64,000 bases of DNA, taken from contig OZ365114.1 in assembly GCA_977030845.1 (NCBI GenBank), forward strand, positions 17,546,001 through 17,610,000, written 5' to 3'. This document shows, piece after piece, positions 1 through 13,480 of this stretch. Position 1 is the stretch's first letter, and every line of letters starts with the position of its first letter. The notes below the pieces were generated by a model. It did no database searches and was not told the origin of the DNA. It saw nothing but the letters and a program-made list of their open reading frames with translations. The DNA is from Fimbriosthenelais zetlandica (lineage: Eukaryota). A program made the position numbers and the translations under genes.

Positions 1-740
1 TTCAGATTTGGACTACACTGGCGTTTCTTGGCACTTCCGGTGGGTGAACGGCCGGATTGATTTTCCGGGGTCTTGGGAGGTGTGACGTCGTCAGAGACGT
101 GCTGTGGAGGCATCTTCTCAGGTTGTTCTTCACATATGACAAGTTTGTCTGATTCGTCTTGGCTGGACTCGTCTGGGAGTGATTGTTGGTCGTCACTGCT
201 ATGTCCTGAGGAGACCGGGGAGGCACCTCTGTGACCACCGGGGCTGTTAGATGACCGCTGTGGATGACCTTCACTCGTGTAAGAACCATTGTCACTAAAG
301 CTTGATTTATCACTGGAGCCTTCACTGTCAAGTGGAGCTCCCACCAATCCTCCAGTGACAGTATGCTGCCTGGTGAAGTTATCTACACTATGTGACTGGG
401 GGGATACTGTGTTTCTCTCTTTCATGTTCTCTATGCTGTAGTCACGGCTATAAGCCTGGTAGACATTCTGAGGTTGTTGTGGATGTTGGTGGTCTTTCTG
501 TGGGTAGCCGCCTCTCAGGGACTGGTAGAATGTGTTGTACATGGCCTGGTTGTAGACGGGTTGGTCTGGGTGTTGGGTGAGTGGGGAGGCGCGTTGTGAA
601 CCCCGGGAATCGTCCTCCTGTAGGCTGGTGTTGAAGTGGTCAGGGTAGGCCGTGGAGGCGGAGTAAGCTGGGTAGGCTTTGGTGAAGAGGTTATGACTGG
701 TGTGGTTGCCGGTGGCAGGGTGCATAGGTTGAACTTCCAT
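1..740 (-). CDS. Partial CDS (runs off the window): N-terminal ~246 aa of a Ser/Pro/Gln/His-rich protein, probably a transcription factor
   Basis: Acceptor ttttgcag at 755/754, ATG at 740, and no stop down to position 1: MEVQPMHPATGNHTSHNLFTKAYPAY...SSDDQQSLPDESSQDESDKLVICEEQPEK...SPTGSAKKRQCSPNL(K). The ORF track misses it because the stop lies outside the window. A 5'UTR exon ends at a gtaagt donor (exon boundary 1635). The basic KKRQ patch at the edge could begin a DNA-binding domain (inference). Confidence 0.75.
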   Translation of the reverse strand, partial: MEVQPMHPATGNHTSHNLFTKAYPAYSASTAYPDHFNTSLQEDDSRGSQRASPLTQHPDQPVYNQAMYNTFYQSLRGGYPQKDHQHPQQPQNVYQAYSRDYSIENMKERNTVSPQSHSVDNFTRQHTVTGGLVGAPLDSEGSSDKSSFSDNGSYTSEGHPQRSSNSPGGHRGASPVSSGHSSDDQQSLPDESSQDESDKLVICEEQPEKMPPQHVSDDVTPPKTPENQSGRSPTGSAKKRQCSPNL

Positions 741-1947
741 GTTTAAATTCTACCTGCAAAATAAAAACAAAACATCTGTATTAATTCAGGTATATTCAGA
801 ATTTAAAATGGTGTTCAACTTTTACAAGTTGGTTATTAAACTTTGGGAGAAAGTCGAGAGAAATTACCTAGACTAGAGAAATCTTGAGTCACTGATTTTC
901 TTAAGGCAATGAATGATTATGAAACGACCTCAATCGCGAATCCACACATATTATGGTCGCAGGTGTGTGTGACAGTGTCTGGGGAAGCCAAGCCACCCCC
1001 CACCCCACCTCGGACAAGACTAGAGTCACACCTGAATGAACTGAAGACCCCCCCCCCCTCTAACTAAACCCCTATACATCCCCAGTTGGGGTTCGGCTTA
1101 AATCTATTGTCTTAGGTTAATGCCTTTTGTGGTAATGCCAATAATGGGAAAACTATAGGGGAAAATCCCAAGATGCTTTACTATAAGCTAAGATATATAC
1201 AAATGCGACATCTTTCTTCTAGCCAAACTGTTTGGTAAAATCCTTATTGATGTTCAATAAATCCAAGCAAAAACTACATGTATTTCTAAATCAAATATTT
1301 TTGTAAATTAAATGAGAAACAGTACATCAAGCTTCTTCTACTTCTAATGTTCACAGCTAACGAATTATCGCCAAAGTCTGTAGAGGCAAATCGATAAACC
1401 AAACATTTTTAATACCCATAGGCATAGGCTATAACCCATAGGGACCATCTCAAAAGTTCACAAGTTTTTTTCTAAAGTTATGTTCTTTAATTTGGAGCCA
1501 GACCACCGCCCCACCCCTATCTTAAAGTTTGATAAATAGGTGGTTTTTTCACACACAAAAAACTTGTGAAATTTTGGGATGGCCCCTCAGGCACATCTTC
1601 GACAATGTTAAATGAAATTTTATAAGAAACTTACCTCTGTCAAATGCACAAGAGAGGAATTACGATGCTGTAGCAATCCAGGTAAATGACCAAGTATAAA
1701 TCACTTTAACATAGAACACATCTCAGGAAGGGTGCATGTAAGATGGGCGTCTCCAATAGGAAGGTAAAAACTTTCTCAGAGTCAATGAAGTTGGTAGATG
1801 CTTGTAAAGTTTAAAGTCCAATATATGAATCTTGTCGAAGCAGAGGACTTGGTAAGTTATAGTAAAGTCCTCTAGGCTGAAGTCTGAATGAAACACTTTC
1901 TCCAAATAATTCTTGAGGTGTTTCCCTCTGGACGATCGCTGTCTCAA

Positions 1948-2141
1948 TGATACACCTCATCGGGCTGCCCATGTACTTATAGTAGTCCAAGCATGACTTG
2001 AGCCAAGCCGTGAGGGACTAGTCGCTAGCCTAGTAAGTGTCAAGCGTGACCAGTGGGGGAGCAGCTGACTAGAGAGGGCTGACTGGGAGGGAAGCACTGA
2101 GGCGGAACGGGTCGCTGAGTGGCGCGCGACGCCTGACGTCA
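1948..2141 (-). promoter_or_regulatory. Core promoter of the nested minus-strand gene: TATA-like box, Inr-like site and a perfect CRE
   Basis: Minus-strand CTATAAG at 1982-1976, TCATT initiator-like site near 1948, and palindromic TGACGTCA at 2134-2141 within a GC/CpG-rich patch (2090-2200). Confidence 0.5.
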
Positions 2142-5100
2142 GAAGCTCAGCAGACGACGCAACGAAATGATGCGCTCTGCTCCAGCTATGAGCGAGCTGT
2201 GAACAACTAGTGTGACGAATGAGTTAATCAAAGCAATGTTACAGAGGTTTGACATGGAGAAAGCATTTCAAGTAAAAATAGCTGTGGGATTTGGGGTTGA
2301 TTAGGCATGAGGGTGAAACATGGGGTTGTTGAATGTTAGGGTAGAGTATTGCAGTTCTCTACACTCTGCTAGTCAAAATAAATTGGGTAGGGAATGCAGT
2401 CCTCGACATGGCAAACACCATATTAAGTATGACATTTATTTTAATATAGTACATGTATATGGAATAGTAATATATTCACATTTCAATCTGACACATACTC
2501 CCACAAGAATGTGAAAGGAACTTTTTAAACCACCCGCGCGGGTAAATACTAGTTTGAATTATTTATACTCAGGAGAGGGGAAATAATAAAAACCTATATT
2601 CATAACTTTTTATCCGCTAGTAAAAGGAGAGAAAAATAGAAAGTATAATCTTTTAATGATCAATACGAATTTGTCGAAGTTTTACAAGGCCATTTGTATC
2701 ATACAATGACGAACTAATTCTGCTATTTGTTCCTCCGATAAATGGTATCATTTCATTAATTCAGAAACATGATTAATTTAAGACATAGAAATCGGACGCA
2801 GGGACAAACCAAAATCACTTGTCATTAATTAATATTAAGTCACTTGTTGACACTGGGACTATCTTTGATTTTCCCTCAAAGAATGCCCAAGTTTCTTCTC
2901 CAGAAAACTGACAAAGACAAAGGATAGAGAGGGGAATCCAAATCCTCCATTAAGACATAAGTTTGTAAGGTGCTCGTGGGAAATGATGGCACGAGAAGCT
3001 AGGTTAGTGACATAAGTCACAACGGGGTGGCCTAGGGGTGCATTGTCATCTCAGCTCTGGCTTTCTATTGTTCTATACATGTAATCAATGCATCTTCATG
3101 CATTAAAGGGAAGGGAAGAGGTACAAGTAAATGTCATTATCACAATGAAAGAGAGTGAAGACAATAAAATGCCTGCTGCATCTCATTTGAACTGTAACTG
3201 ATGCTTTAATCCATGAGATTAAATTTCCTCAAAGTCGGAGGTTGGGAACGCAAATAAAAATCTCTGATATTGCGGGACAACTTTAATTATAATAGTATAG
3301 TGCGAGTAATCCTACCTACAGGGTCATTCATGCTGATAATAATCATATTTGAAGAGTACAGTTTCTCTAAAAACAAATGACCCGCATGGGTTCTCATTCT
3401 GAATTAGGACTGATTCGAGAACCTCTCATTAATTTGTAGTCATTATGGAAACGGACGGTTGTGTAAAGTCCTCTCATTGTAACATACATGTATAGTATTT
3501 CTTCAGAGGTTCATTCCATCATTTCCCCATCAAAATATAACAAAAGGCATGGAAACCCCACATTACCCGAACATATTTCACTTTAAACCACTTTTAAAGG
3601 TTTTACTAAACTTTACCATATGGGAACAATTCCAGAAAAGTGGCATTTGAAGAAAGCATTGAAAGCTAAGGACAAACATTTCCAAACTGAAAACCAGACA
3701 AGTTTTTTTAATGGTCAAGTGGTCATGTCAAAAGTCATCTGGTGTGAACTGTGGCGTATTGTTCCAGCGTTTTGATTGAAGCTTATTAATATGGACATTA
3801 TCGTAGTGACACATGGCCAAAGCTAACATAAATCTCTAATAATCAGCAAAAAATCCCTCACAATTGAACGTCAAGAAATGTCATAATCGACAGGCTTGAG
3901 GTGAACAAAGGAGGGAGCGATATGGCGCAGCGGAGGTGTCAACCGCACGCTAATCCCAAAGTTTTCTTTCCTCCAGCCTAGTAAGAAATTCAGCCAGAGT
4001 CCAAAGCCTAAAGTCTGAATGGGCCGAGGGGTAGACGACTGGGGTGACTTGGGGGTCTATTGTCTTCGGATAGTAAGTCAGATTGGGGGAGAAGGGGACT
4101 TAGGCCTTTCTCTAAATAGTACGTCTATTCAGAGGCGAATTATAAGAACAACAGCCCAGATGTGTGGATTCTTGATAGGGGGAGATACAAAAGGCTCAGG
4201 GCCTAAAACAAAGGCCAGGGTTAGGCCTTGATTGCTCTGCAAGCTAACCAACAGATGTGAGAGAGAGGAGAAGGGTGGGAGGGGGTGGAAGGGGAGGGGG
4301 TTGCAGACAGGGATTTCAGAAGTTAGGCATAAGGCACGCACCGGATGTCAAAGAACCCACATCCTGACCCATTTTAGAACCCACACACAACATGTCACAG
4401 ATAACTATTTTCTGAGAGGAAATAATAATTACTTAATTGACTTTCGTTTTTCCGAAAGTTTAATTTTAGAAATTTTGAAAATAATTAATTCGGCGTGGTC
4501 AATTTCAGAGAATAATTTCCTTCTCAGGGGGCGCAGACTTTATAATTGAATTAAAAGTGAGCAAATACAAAAATGTGAAAACGATTTTCATATGATCCGG
4601 AAAATCATGGGTTGTTTTGGATTGGTACCGATAGACTATACAAATTAAAATGTAAACTTTTTCAAACGAAATTAAAATATTTGTTCTCGGCTCTATCATG
4701 AGAATGAGAAATATTTAAAAAGTTGAAATGTGACATGGGTTGTAGGCTCGGCTAGTAAACATGTCCAGCCAACAATGAGTTTTAAACTCGGGTGCATGTT
4801 TAATGTTTAGTCATGTCAGATGTAGTGGGTTGAAACTTTAGTCAGCCTCTCACTCTACTGTCAATCTAACCGTCAAACCCCTGTAGAATATATCCATGTT
4901 TTCCTCTGTTGGTTTGACAGTATTTGGCAGCATCCAAATTAGAAAACAGCAGTGACAGGGGGAGATGGAAACTGTGGGGTGCATTCATCAGCGCTGAGTC
5001 TTTGTTAGCACCGTGAGTGTTAAAACAATACACACCTGTATCTACATACAATTATACCAGACGCAAGTTCCTTAAACTCACAAAAGTTCAATACGCATTG

Positions 5101-7950
5101 TAGGAAGAGTTATAGGGTAATTTCCACTTTAAAATTGCTTTTGGGATACATTTTTAGAAAAGTGTCATTTATAGCATTCCATCACATTCTTGAATTCTTG
5201 TAAAGATTGGGGTAAATGGGGGAATCGTTGGGGCAATGGGGGAAACAGCTGGAAAGATTTAACATCAGGCGTGATGAGTTGATTACCCCCTGATTTACTT
5301 TTAATATTCATCGAGATTAAATCCATTCCAATTTTGTCCGTAAACGAATGTCAAGGTATGTGACAGGTGGGGGAGTGACGGGGGTTGGCATGAGGTACTC
5401 AAAATGAGGAAGGGTGAGGAGAGAAATCAAATGGTGGGGTGGTGGGCTGACATATAGACATTTTGACAATCCAAGGTAGAAAATGAGATGAATGAACAGA
5501 GAAAAAAGACGCACGAAGTAAGGGACAAGCCAAAATGAAAGTCGTTTTGAGGAATTAGAGTTAGATTTTTTTTCGAGAAAATATATTTCAGACAACAAGT
5601 GCGAACGTCCACACCTGCCGCCCCTTCATGACTTGATAATAATTAACTCAAGTGTAAAGCCCAGCCTTACCAATGACCAAGTGTAACCATTGTTAATTCA
5701 CGTTACCATAGCACCAGGGCCGGTCAGGTCTCATGTATACACTCCACAACAATGAACCGTCATGACGCCAGCCTCTTCAACACAAGTGGCGACAAGAATA
5801 TGACGTCACGAGACCTTATGTCACTTTGAGGTGAGCTAAACTGCTTCATTAAGCAACACTTTTAACGAATTAATTAAGAATTAACATCATCTACCTCATT
5901 TAATAATTCTACATTGGTTATACTACTGCCGATTTATATTGATACTGCTACTTTACTCAAGATAAATTTGTTCCCATATAAATTTATGGGAACATATCAT
6001 TTGATAAAATATATGCCTATAATATCATTCATATGAGATCTTCAATAAATTCGGGAGGGGTTGTGGGGGGGGGGGGGGGGGGGCTCAGAAAGGAACAAAA
6101 AATCATTGTTCATGAACTTAACATTGCATCCAATGAACTAATTTAAGAAAACCAATAGATCAGACCGAAATAATACAGAAAATGCTAATAGTTTAAGTGG
6201 CAGATCTGATTGATAAAAAGCCCACAAAATAGAGCTCTCCTAGTGCGGATCAATGCACATTGAGTGGGGTTTGGCATAGCACATAAAGAGTGACCGAGGC
6301 TAGTTGAGGTCTGAGTCGGTGGGGAGTCTGGGTTTGATGTATTGTAGACAGAAACAATACATTCATTAACCTACACCTCCATCCTCTTGCACCCCGCCCT
6401 CCAGATATCAATTACTCTCCTGGTGTAATTACGAGGTATCTTTGAACTGAGGTTTAATTGATTTGGGTTATAATTAACCCAAATCACTGTATTTATCAAA
6501 AAAGGCGAACGTTTATCATATGAAATCTGTAGCTCTGGGAGGGAAAGACAAATAAAAAATGAGATGGGGGATGGTAAAAAATTGGACCAAGGAACAAGGG
6601 CATGTCTATTAGGTACAGTCTTTTGTAATCTTGAACCCAGCAGGTCCCATATTTCCCCCATCTTGAGACCCCCTCGATATTAAGAGGGGATTTTCACTTA
6701 TTGGACTGAGGGACAAAGAAATAAATTATCTACTTAGACAGACAGAATAATCAATATGTAGACTCAAGGAAATCTAGCAGTCTACAGCCTGAAACCAATT
6801 AGTGAACAGTAAAGGAATTCTGTTATATATAAATGTATATTATTTATTGTAAAATTATTTTTGGCGCAGTGAAACTTCTCATTTCTTTATCTGATTATTT
6901 GATTTGTTTTAGGTCTTACATCGTAGCGATAGCTATATATTATGAGCTACAGTAAAGAATATTAATTGTTCAAACGATTACTGAATGACTGAATACCGTG
7001 AAGCATCGATTAGAAAGTTCAAGATGAAACGAACGATTTGTCCTCAATTTATCAAACTTGGTTCTTAGCTCGAGCTGGTTTTATCCTTCATACATACACT
7101 ACCCCCCACCCCCCGAACACCCACCCATGAACCCTCGCCCGCCTATTGTCTTAACATCAATGGTCGAACAAACATCCCTCCAACATCAAACAGAATGGAC
7201 ACAAACCTTCACAGTCACCCCTCAATTCACCTCTCCCATTCAGCATCAATGCTGCGATCCCAAGTGTACATTAAAACAATACCCCTTCAAACCCCGCGGC
7301 CCCCACCCCTAGCCATTTAACACAGCTCCTATTAATTCCTTGATTAAATCAGCCATTTCAAACCTTTCATCATCTTGTGGGACTATAACATGGGGCCCTT
7401 GATGCGGAGGTATTGGGCCCGGCGCTAACAAGGGGGAAATTCCCATTATTGTCATGAGTGCATGAGGTATTGGGCAATCTCGGAGTGTGGATTTGAGCCA
7501 AGGAGAGGATTCTGGCTTTAGAAGAAGGTGTGAAGAAGGCGAGGACTGGAGACCAAGAGCTTATTACAGAGACCAAGCGTCATTTAAAAGTCAGACTGTC
7601 TCTGATCTTTATCATTAAGCAGATTAAGAGACATTGTACACTCCTTCACCTTAGAGTCTGCCAGGTTGTTGTTCTTATACAGAAATATGTGTGACAAAAA
7701 CAGAGACAAAGGGAAAGATAAATTATGTTATCTTTTTGTCTGGATTCCAGCAATGTGGGAAAAATAATTAGGGACGCAGATTAATATTATTGAGGCAACA
7801 GAACTGGTCCACACAGAATCTACATGAATGGAAGCAGACATACATGTACGTATGAACTTTTCTTGGCAATCTCGTCATTTCTATAAAACAGATATTATTA
7901 ATAATTCTTTTTAACTAATGTTGAAAAATTATATGAAATAATTTACTCAC

Positions 7951-10900
7951 TCTCTGCATGATGAGGACACGGCAGGCCTTGAGTGAAGCCTCCATCTCAA
8001 TGATTCCAGCGTTTTTAAACTGGAAACAAAAGAGTATATCTCAGAACAATATAATTTTCATGGGTAACATGTAAAATTTTTATAAGTACTGGCAAATGTA
8101 TTATTACAAAATGTATTAATAGTCAACAGGGTGAGAAAAGTGAGGTGATAAAGATATGTTCTAAATTAAATTTGAGGAAAATTGAAATTAAAAGAAAATA
8201 TTTCAGGCACAAAATATGGTAAGCATGTGTATATTTGCAGAACAAAGAAAAGGAACCCCAAATCCGAATAATTGAGAACCGAAAATCTCCATAATTGAAT
8301 GTTTTATCTTTAATTTATATTTACAGTGCTACGGTTAAAGCTTTATAATGTTTGTTTTATCATTTAGTGAATACCTTTTACCCGTGGAACATAACATACA
8401 CAATTATACAATACATTATATCCTTGAAATGGAGAATTTTATGTTATACAGAGAGCATTCGCCCCCCTATTGTTTAAATCTACGCCGATTCAGCAGAATA
8501 AAGCAGTAAGGTCAGGTATATAATTCTATAGGTTATAGTCGAGTCACTAGACTAGATCCTGCCCCGCTTCGTGTAAGAAATACCAAAACATGCAGAAACT
8601 ATTTAGAAACCAGATTTAATATTTTACTTCAGATGACTCTTCAATATTACCTCAAATTACTAAAATATGAACAACATAGAAAGAGAGCGAGGTCCCCACT
8701 TCAATGCGACCGTATCTGACCCTTCTTGACCTGCACTTCCCAAAGTTTTAGGACAAAATATTCATGTATTTTATCTAATTTCATGAAAAGGGCAGAGGGT
8801 TGAAATAGTATAATATTCTTTGAAAATACATTGGAGTATCCCTTAATATTTTCATATAGAAATTAACAGAAAGAAATCCACGACCCTAGATTTTGTTTCG
8901 AGGAAGATCAGTTCATTTCAACTAGAATTTGATATAATCTCCTTGACAATTAATATAATTTTCTTATAATCTGTTTTGCTTCAATAAATGAAAATCATAA
9001 TCAAGTTTTCATGACGATGGTCTTCCTCCAATATGAAAAAATATAACGTTAGTAATAGGATATACATGTATATGTAGGCTTCACATTAGATTAGAAATCC
9101 AAGAGCAAATGATTATAATATTCTTGATATTGAGTATTTAATAATATTTTTGCCATACAGTATTTCATTCAATTGATTTCAGTCACAAAAGAAAAATATG
9201 ATTTGTAGTTATTTGCTCTTGGATTTTTCAAAGTAGTTTTGATTATTTTAGAGCCAGGCTGTGTGCTTGTTGCCCACCAATAGGAGGCCGAGTTTGGATC
9301 ACATGATACCCCTACCTGGCCGTAACACAATACTGCTTCTTTGCAGTAGGCAACAATGCGTCTTTTCTACACAGATAAATTAAACCAAATAGAAAATACA
9401 GGATGAGGGATAAGGCATTTATAATTAGTAGTCACTATCATACTAAGTACTACATTCTGGACCCCAAAATTAAGTTTTGTACCACCCTGTATTCAAGGTT
9501 GGAGTCCATAAATGTATTATGTATACTAATGTAATGCCAAAAAGGTTATTGTCTTATTGGTAGCATCATTTAAGCTACGGGGAAACAAATTTATGATTGG
9601 CAGTTTTGCATGGTTAATCCATACGTTTGTATGTTAATCGGAAATGAAGCCTTTTAGGGAACTGGTGAAAGCATTAAAACTAATTGTATATAAAAATAAT
9701 ATACGCAATAAGAATTAATAAGTATAAAGTAGGGTAAGGCAAATTGTTCAATTAGTATTTCTCTTGTCTGGAACAATGTGTGAACTATGTTTGCAAAAAA
9801 AAGTGACTTCCAATAAGACAACCATCTTTAGAGAATGACAGTGATTGGTGATCTATAAGACAGTACTTTCAAGTGGGAAGTTATTCTGCCATGACAAAAT
9901 ATCTTCAGCATTTGAAAAATAAGTGCACACAGAACACCGAATAGACCAGATAAATATGGAGAAATTAGGAAAACAATCAAATACAAATTGAACTTAAATA
10001 AATACTAAAATTTAGTTTGTCTGAGGGAATATATATACTTTTCTACATAAAGTTCAAAGATTTTATTCTCTCTTGTTGTTGGGGCTTTTTAGAAATGGAC
10101 TATCAAAACTCACCTTGCTGTAATGCATGATGGCTTCCTTGTACTTGTCTATGATGTCTTCAGGTAGTAGACAACTTCTCGATCGACTGTCAGCCAAGTC
10201 TAAACCGTTAGTGTTTCGTCCAAAGTTCCCATCTGTGACAAAGTAAAATCTCACTCTTTAATCGACCATCATGCGAAAACTTCAGGAAATAATCATTTAC
10301 AGAAATGGGGCAACATTTGCGAATTATTTAATGTGAAATTTAGTGTTGATATCTTTGAACGCATCTAGAAACAAATCAGTAACTGACATGTTAGTCAATC
10401 ACACTTTTGGAGTTATATTAAGACAAAATTTAATAGTTAGTATCATATATTTTCGAAATTCCCAATGGAAATCAATTTATCATTAAAACTCACTTTGCCA
10501 GAGTTTTGATTCATTAATAGCTGCCACCCCCCTCTTGACGGAGAAGGATATGTTTCTTCTGAAGTCTGATCTGTCGACAACTTGTGGGTACATGATGGCA
10601 ACAGACGCTGCACAGAGACCTTCATAGGAACCTGAAAGGTAAGAGACAATTGTTAAAAGAAATGTACAAACTTTCATCACCATAAGTAACAATAACATAA
10701 AATACATTTCTATTGAATTTCATTTATTGAATTTCACTGTAAGTGGACCTTTTTCTGTCCAACAAAATGACTCATTTGGTTAATGGTTATTAATTTGGAT
10801 TAGCCATTAATTAACCAGTATTAGAGTTAATAATTATAATGGGAGTACCTGCGAGCCAGAGCCAGTCATTGGCTGAGCGGAGTGTATCTAGCGCCGTCTG

Positions 10901-12244
10901 GTAGTGAAGCAGGGCCTCAGCAGGCAGGCCTGACAGCAGACACAGATCAGCCAGGTGCTTCCTCAGACGTCCCTGACACCGCTTCTTATATGTTCTAAAA
11001 AATGGTGAGAAGTTTTAAATATTATATATTGATATATTTTTTTAAAAATCACCTTACTACATTACTTATATGTCCGACAAGACATCAGCAAGTTTAAGTT
11101 GTTTAACTGTTCAAATGAAGCAGAATATTGATAATTAAAAAAAGAATATATTTACCAAAAGATATTACTTGGCAATAATCTATGAGCATTATGATATTAA
11201 ATAAAATGAATTACGTAACTTAGATTAGGCCTATTTTATATCGACTGATGAAATATCGATTTTCTCAAAAAAAATATTTAAAGAATCCACTAACCTACTG
11301 TCTGTATCAATACCAACAAAATCTTTCTTTTCGAAGGGCGTCATGAGTAGAGTCAGTCTGTCCTGTCTCTCCAGTGACCGGTCCATCCTCTTACTCTCCA
11401 GCACCCAGAACAAGGAGGCGGTGAACTCGCGCACCTTGTCCTCCAGATCCCGACTCTCCTCCACACACGGGAAGTAAATGACATGAGGTTGCGCTCCACC
11501 CTCCTTCTCCTTCTGGCTCCTCAAAGCATCCATCTTTTCCTGTTGCTGCTGCTGTTGTTGCTGCAACAACTTGGCATTTTCTAACAGACTATTGGCATTG
11601 AGTGGGTCCCTGATGGGCGGTTTATTTTTATGCCCTGGCGCCTTCGTGTCTATAATGGGACTACTACTCTTCCCTTTATCTGATTTCACACCTACACCAC
11701 TATCACCATCACTCACATCCATTCCTGATTTCAGTTCATTTATATTTAAATTAGCCCGGTCCTCTTTTGATAGTTGCTCAATTTCTAATTTATTGGAACT
11801 AGTCCTTGTCTCAGGCTCACCTCCTCCATGGTGGCCATTTTTCTTATCAGTTCCAGGTTTGGGAGGGGTACCATCTTTATTTAAGCCGAACAAAAGGAGT
11901 CGAGAGTCATATAGAGTGCTGGCATACTGCTGCTTAATGTCCTCATAACTGGCATTAAGCTCTTCTAGTTCATTCTCACTATCACAGGTCCCTATACAAA
12001 ACAAAGCAAGAGCTTTACGGTGCGCCTGGAAGTCGCCCCATTCGTTATTTTCTATGGGATATGAAGTCTTGTAGCGGACTTGCAGCGTTCTCTGTTGCCC
12101 CGGGATGGCAATGCTCTGGAGCCGCAATAAGCGATCGTGGATCCGGTTGAAATGTTTCGGGGAAATTTTCGATCCAACACTGCGGACAAGGATGAGCACC
12201 CTCTGGTGGTCCTCCAGGCGCTGGTTGTAGTCCGCGAAACTCAT
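7951..12244 (-). CDS. TRAPPC9: Trafficking protein particle complex subunit 9 (TRAPPC9/NIBP/Trs120), first five coding exons
   Basis: Exons 12244-11295, 10994-10849, 10631-10494, 10232-10114 and 8019-7951 have GT-AG boundaries and consistent phases. They encode MSFADY...EDHQRVLILVR, YPIENNEWGDFQAHRK, FVGIDTDSR|TYKKRCQGRLRKHLADLCLLSG, ANDWLWLA|GSYEGLCAAS, LLPEDIIDKYKEAIMHYSK|FKNAGIIEMEASLKACRVL, matching TRAPPC9 motifs. I found no further exons in 1-7950. Confidence 0.95.
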
Positions 12245-13389
12245 CCTGGCAAGTAGACAGAAAAATAATTAATTAATAATTAATCTCTAGACGTCTAATA
12301 GTAATACACAGAATAACATGGTTTTGACAGTTAATTTCCTAGGATAAGTCCTAGCTCATTCATAAATTCTATTGAGATAATAGGCATTTAATTTAAGCTA
12401 CACTTTTCTTTATCCATAGGCCCTATGATACGAATTTTCAATAGCGATTGCATGGGCGTAATGTGTCCGGAATATTCTCAAGATGATTATTTAGGCTAGC
12501 CTATCATGCACATTTGCTTAGAATGACCATAGAACTTTATAGACCATAGATAGTTCTATGCAAATTTGCAATGACAGCTAACAAAGTGTCATAGACATAG
12601 TAGCATCATCTACAAAGTGGTAGGCCTGGTGCTGAGTGCCTCGGTGTCAAATTAACTATACAATCGGATGGCAACAGATTTTTTAAAACTAAAATTCATA
12701 TTGAACACAACTGTTGAACAGTAGGCCTTCCGTAACCTCTACCAGCTGAGTAGACAGAGGGCCGGACAGAATGTCAATGGTGAGAATGGGCGGGTCAAAT
12801 GAAATGGATCAACAATAACACACACTGACTGCGACACATGATATCATTTACCAGATCAAACATCAAGTTGTCTTTCTTCACAGATTCACATACATTGACA
12901 CACGGGAGATGAGACATATTTGCTACCAAGTTTAGATGACAAGGACAAGGGAAAACAACTGTTTTGAACATGTATGATGTAGACCAGTTGACAGGAGGGA
13001 AAATGACACTGTCGGACTCGGAGACTAATCTCTTCGATAGATAGGCCTGGGACAGTTAAAATCTGGGTTCAGAAAGACTGGCTCTTACTTTAGCAGTGGT
13101 GGACGTTCCTTGGTGAGTTTCTATTTGTCTACAGTGCTCTTCTAATAAGCAGATAATAGTTACATGTTGATTTTACAAGTAACTTCTTAAACGACAACAC
13201 CTCCCTATTTCCACCATATTGATTTTGCTGCTTAGTCTCGTGGCCATGAGATTTTGCGAGATTTGCGAATTTTCAATTTATGGACATATTTTTAAACATG
13301 GAAACAAACACCCATTATCTTTTAGTGATTGATGAAGAAATAGGCGAGGGTTAAGGATTATACTTTTTTATTTGTCAATTTACAGCGGC

Positions 13390-13480
13390 GGTTTACTCGC
13401 AAGGTCCGTCGATGTCTCCGTCCGGTGGCGCCCTCGCTATACTCTCCACAAATCGCGGCGAAAATGGGAACTAACGCTCG
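13390..13480 (-). promoter_or_regulatory. CpG-rich putative TRAPPC9 promoter / first non-coding exon region
   Basis: GC-rich patch about 1.2 kb upstream of the ATG. The ATG-bearing exon starts at an acceptor (exon start 12245), so an upstream UTR exon is required. Contains GCGGCGAAAATGG (YY1-like) and CCGTCCGGTGGCGCCCTC. Confidence 0.4.

Noticed and set aside
2-331. 109 aa ORF in the track
   Set aside because: It is an alternative frame overlapping the longer open frame that starts at 740.
7058-7680. Short ORFs that might be further TRAPPC9 exons
   Set aside because: None of the frames I translated matches the expected next TRAPPC9 motif; possibly a degraded retroelement, but unassignable.
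11571-11948. 125 aa plus-strand ORF
   Set aside because: It is the antisense shadow of TRAPPC9 exon 1.
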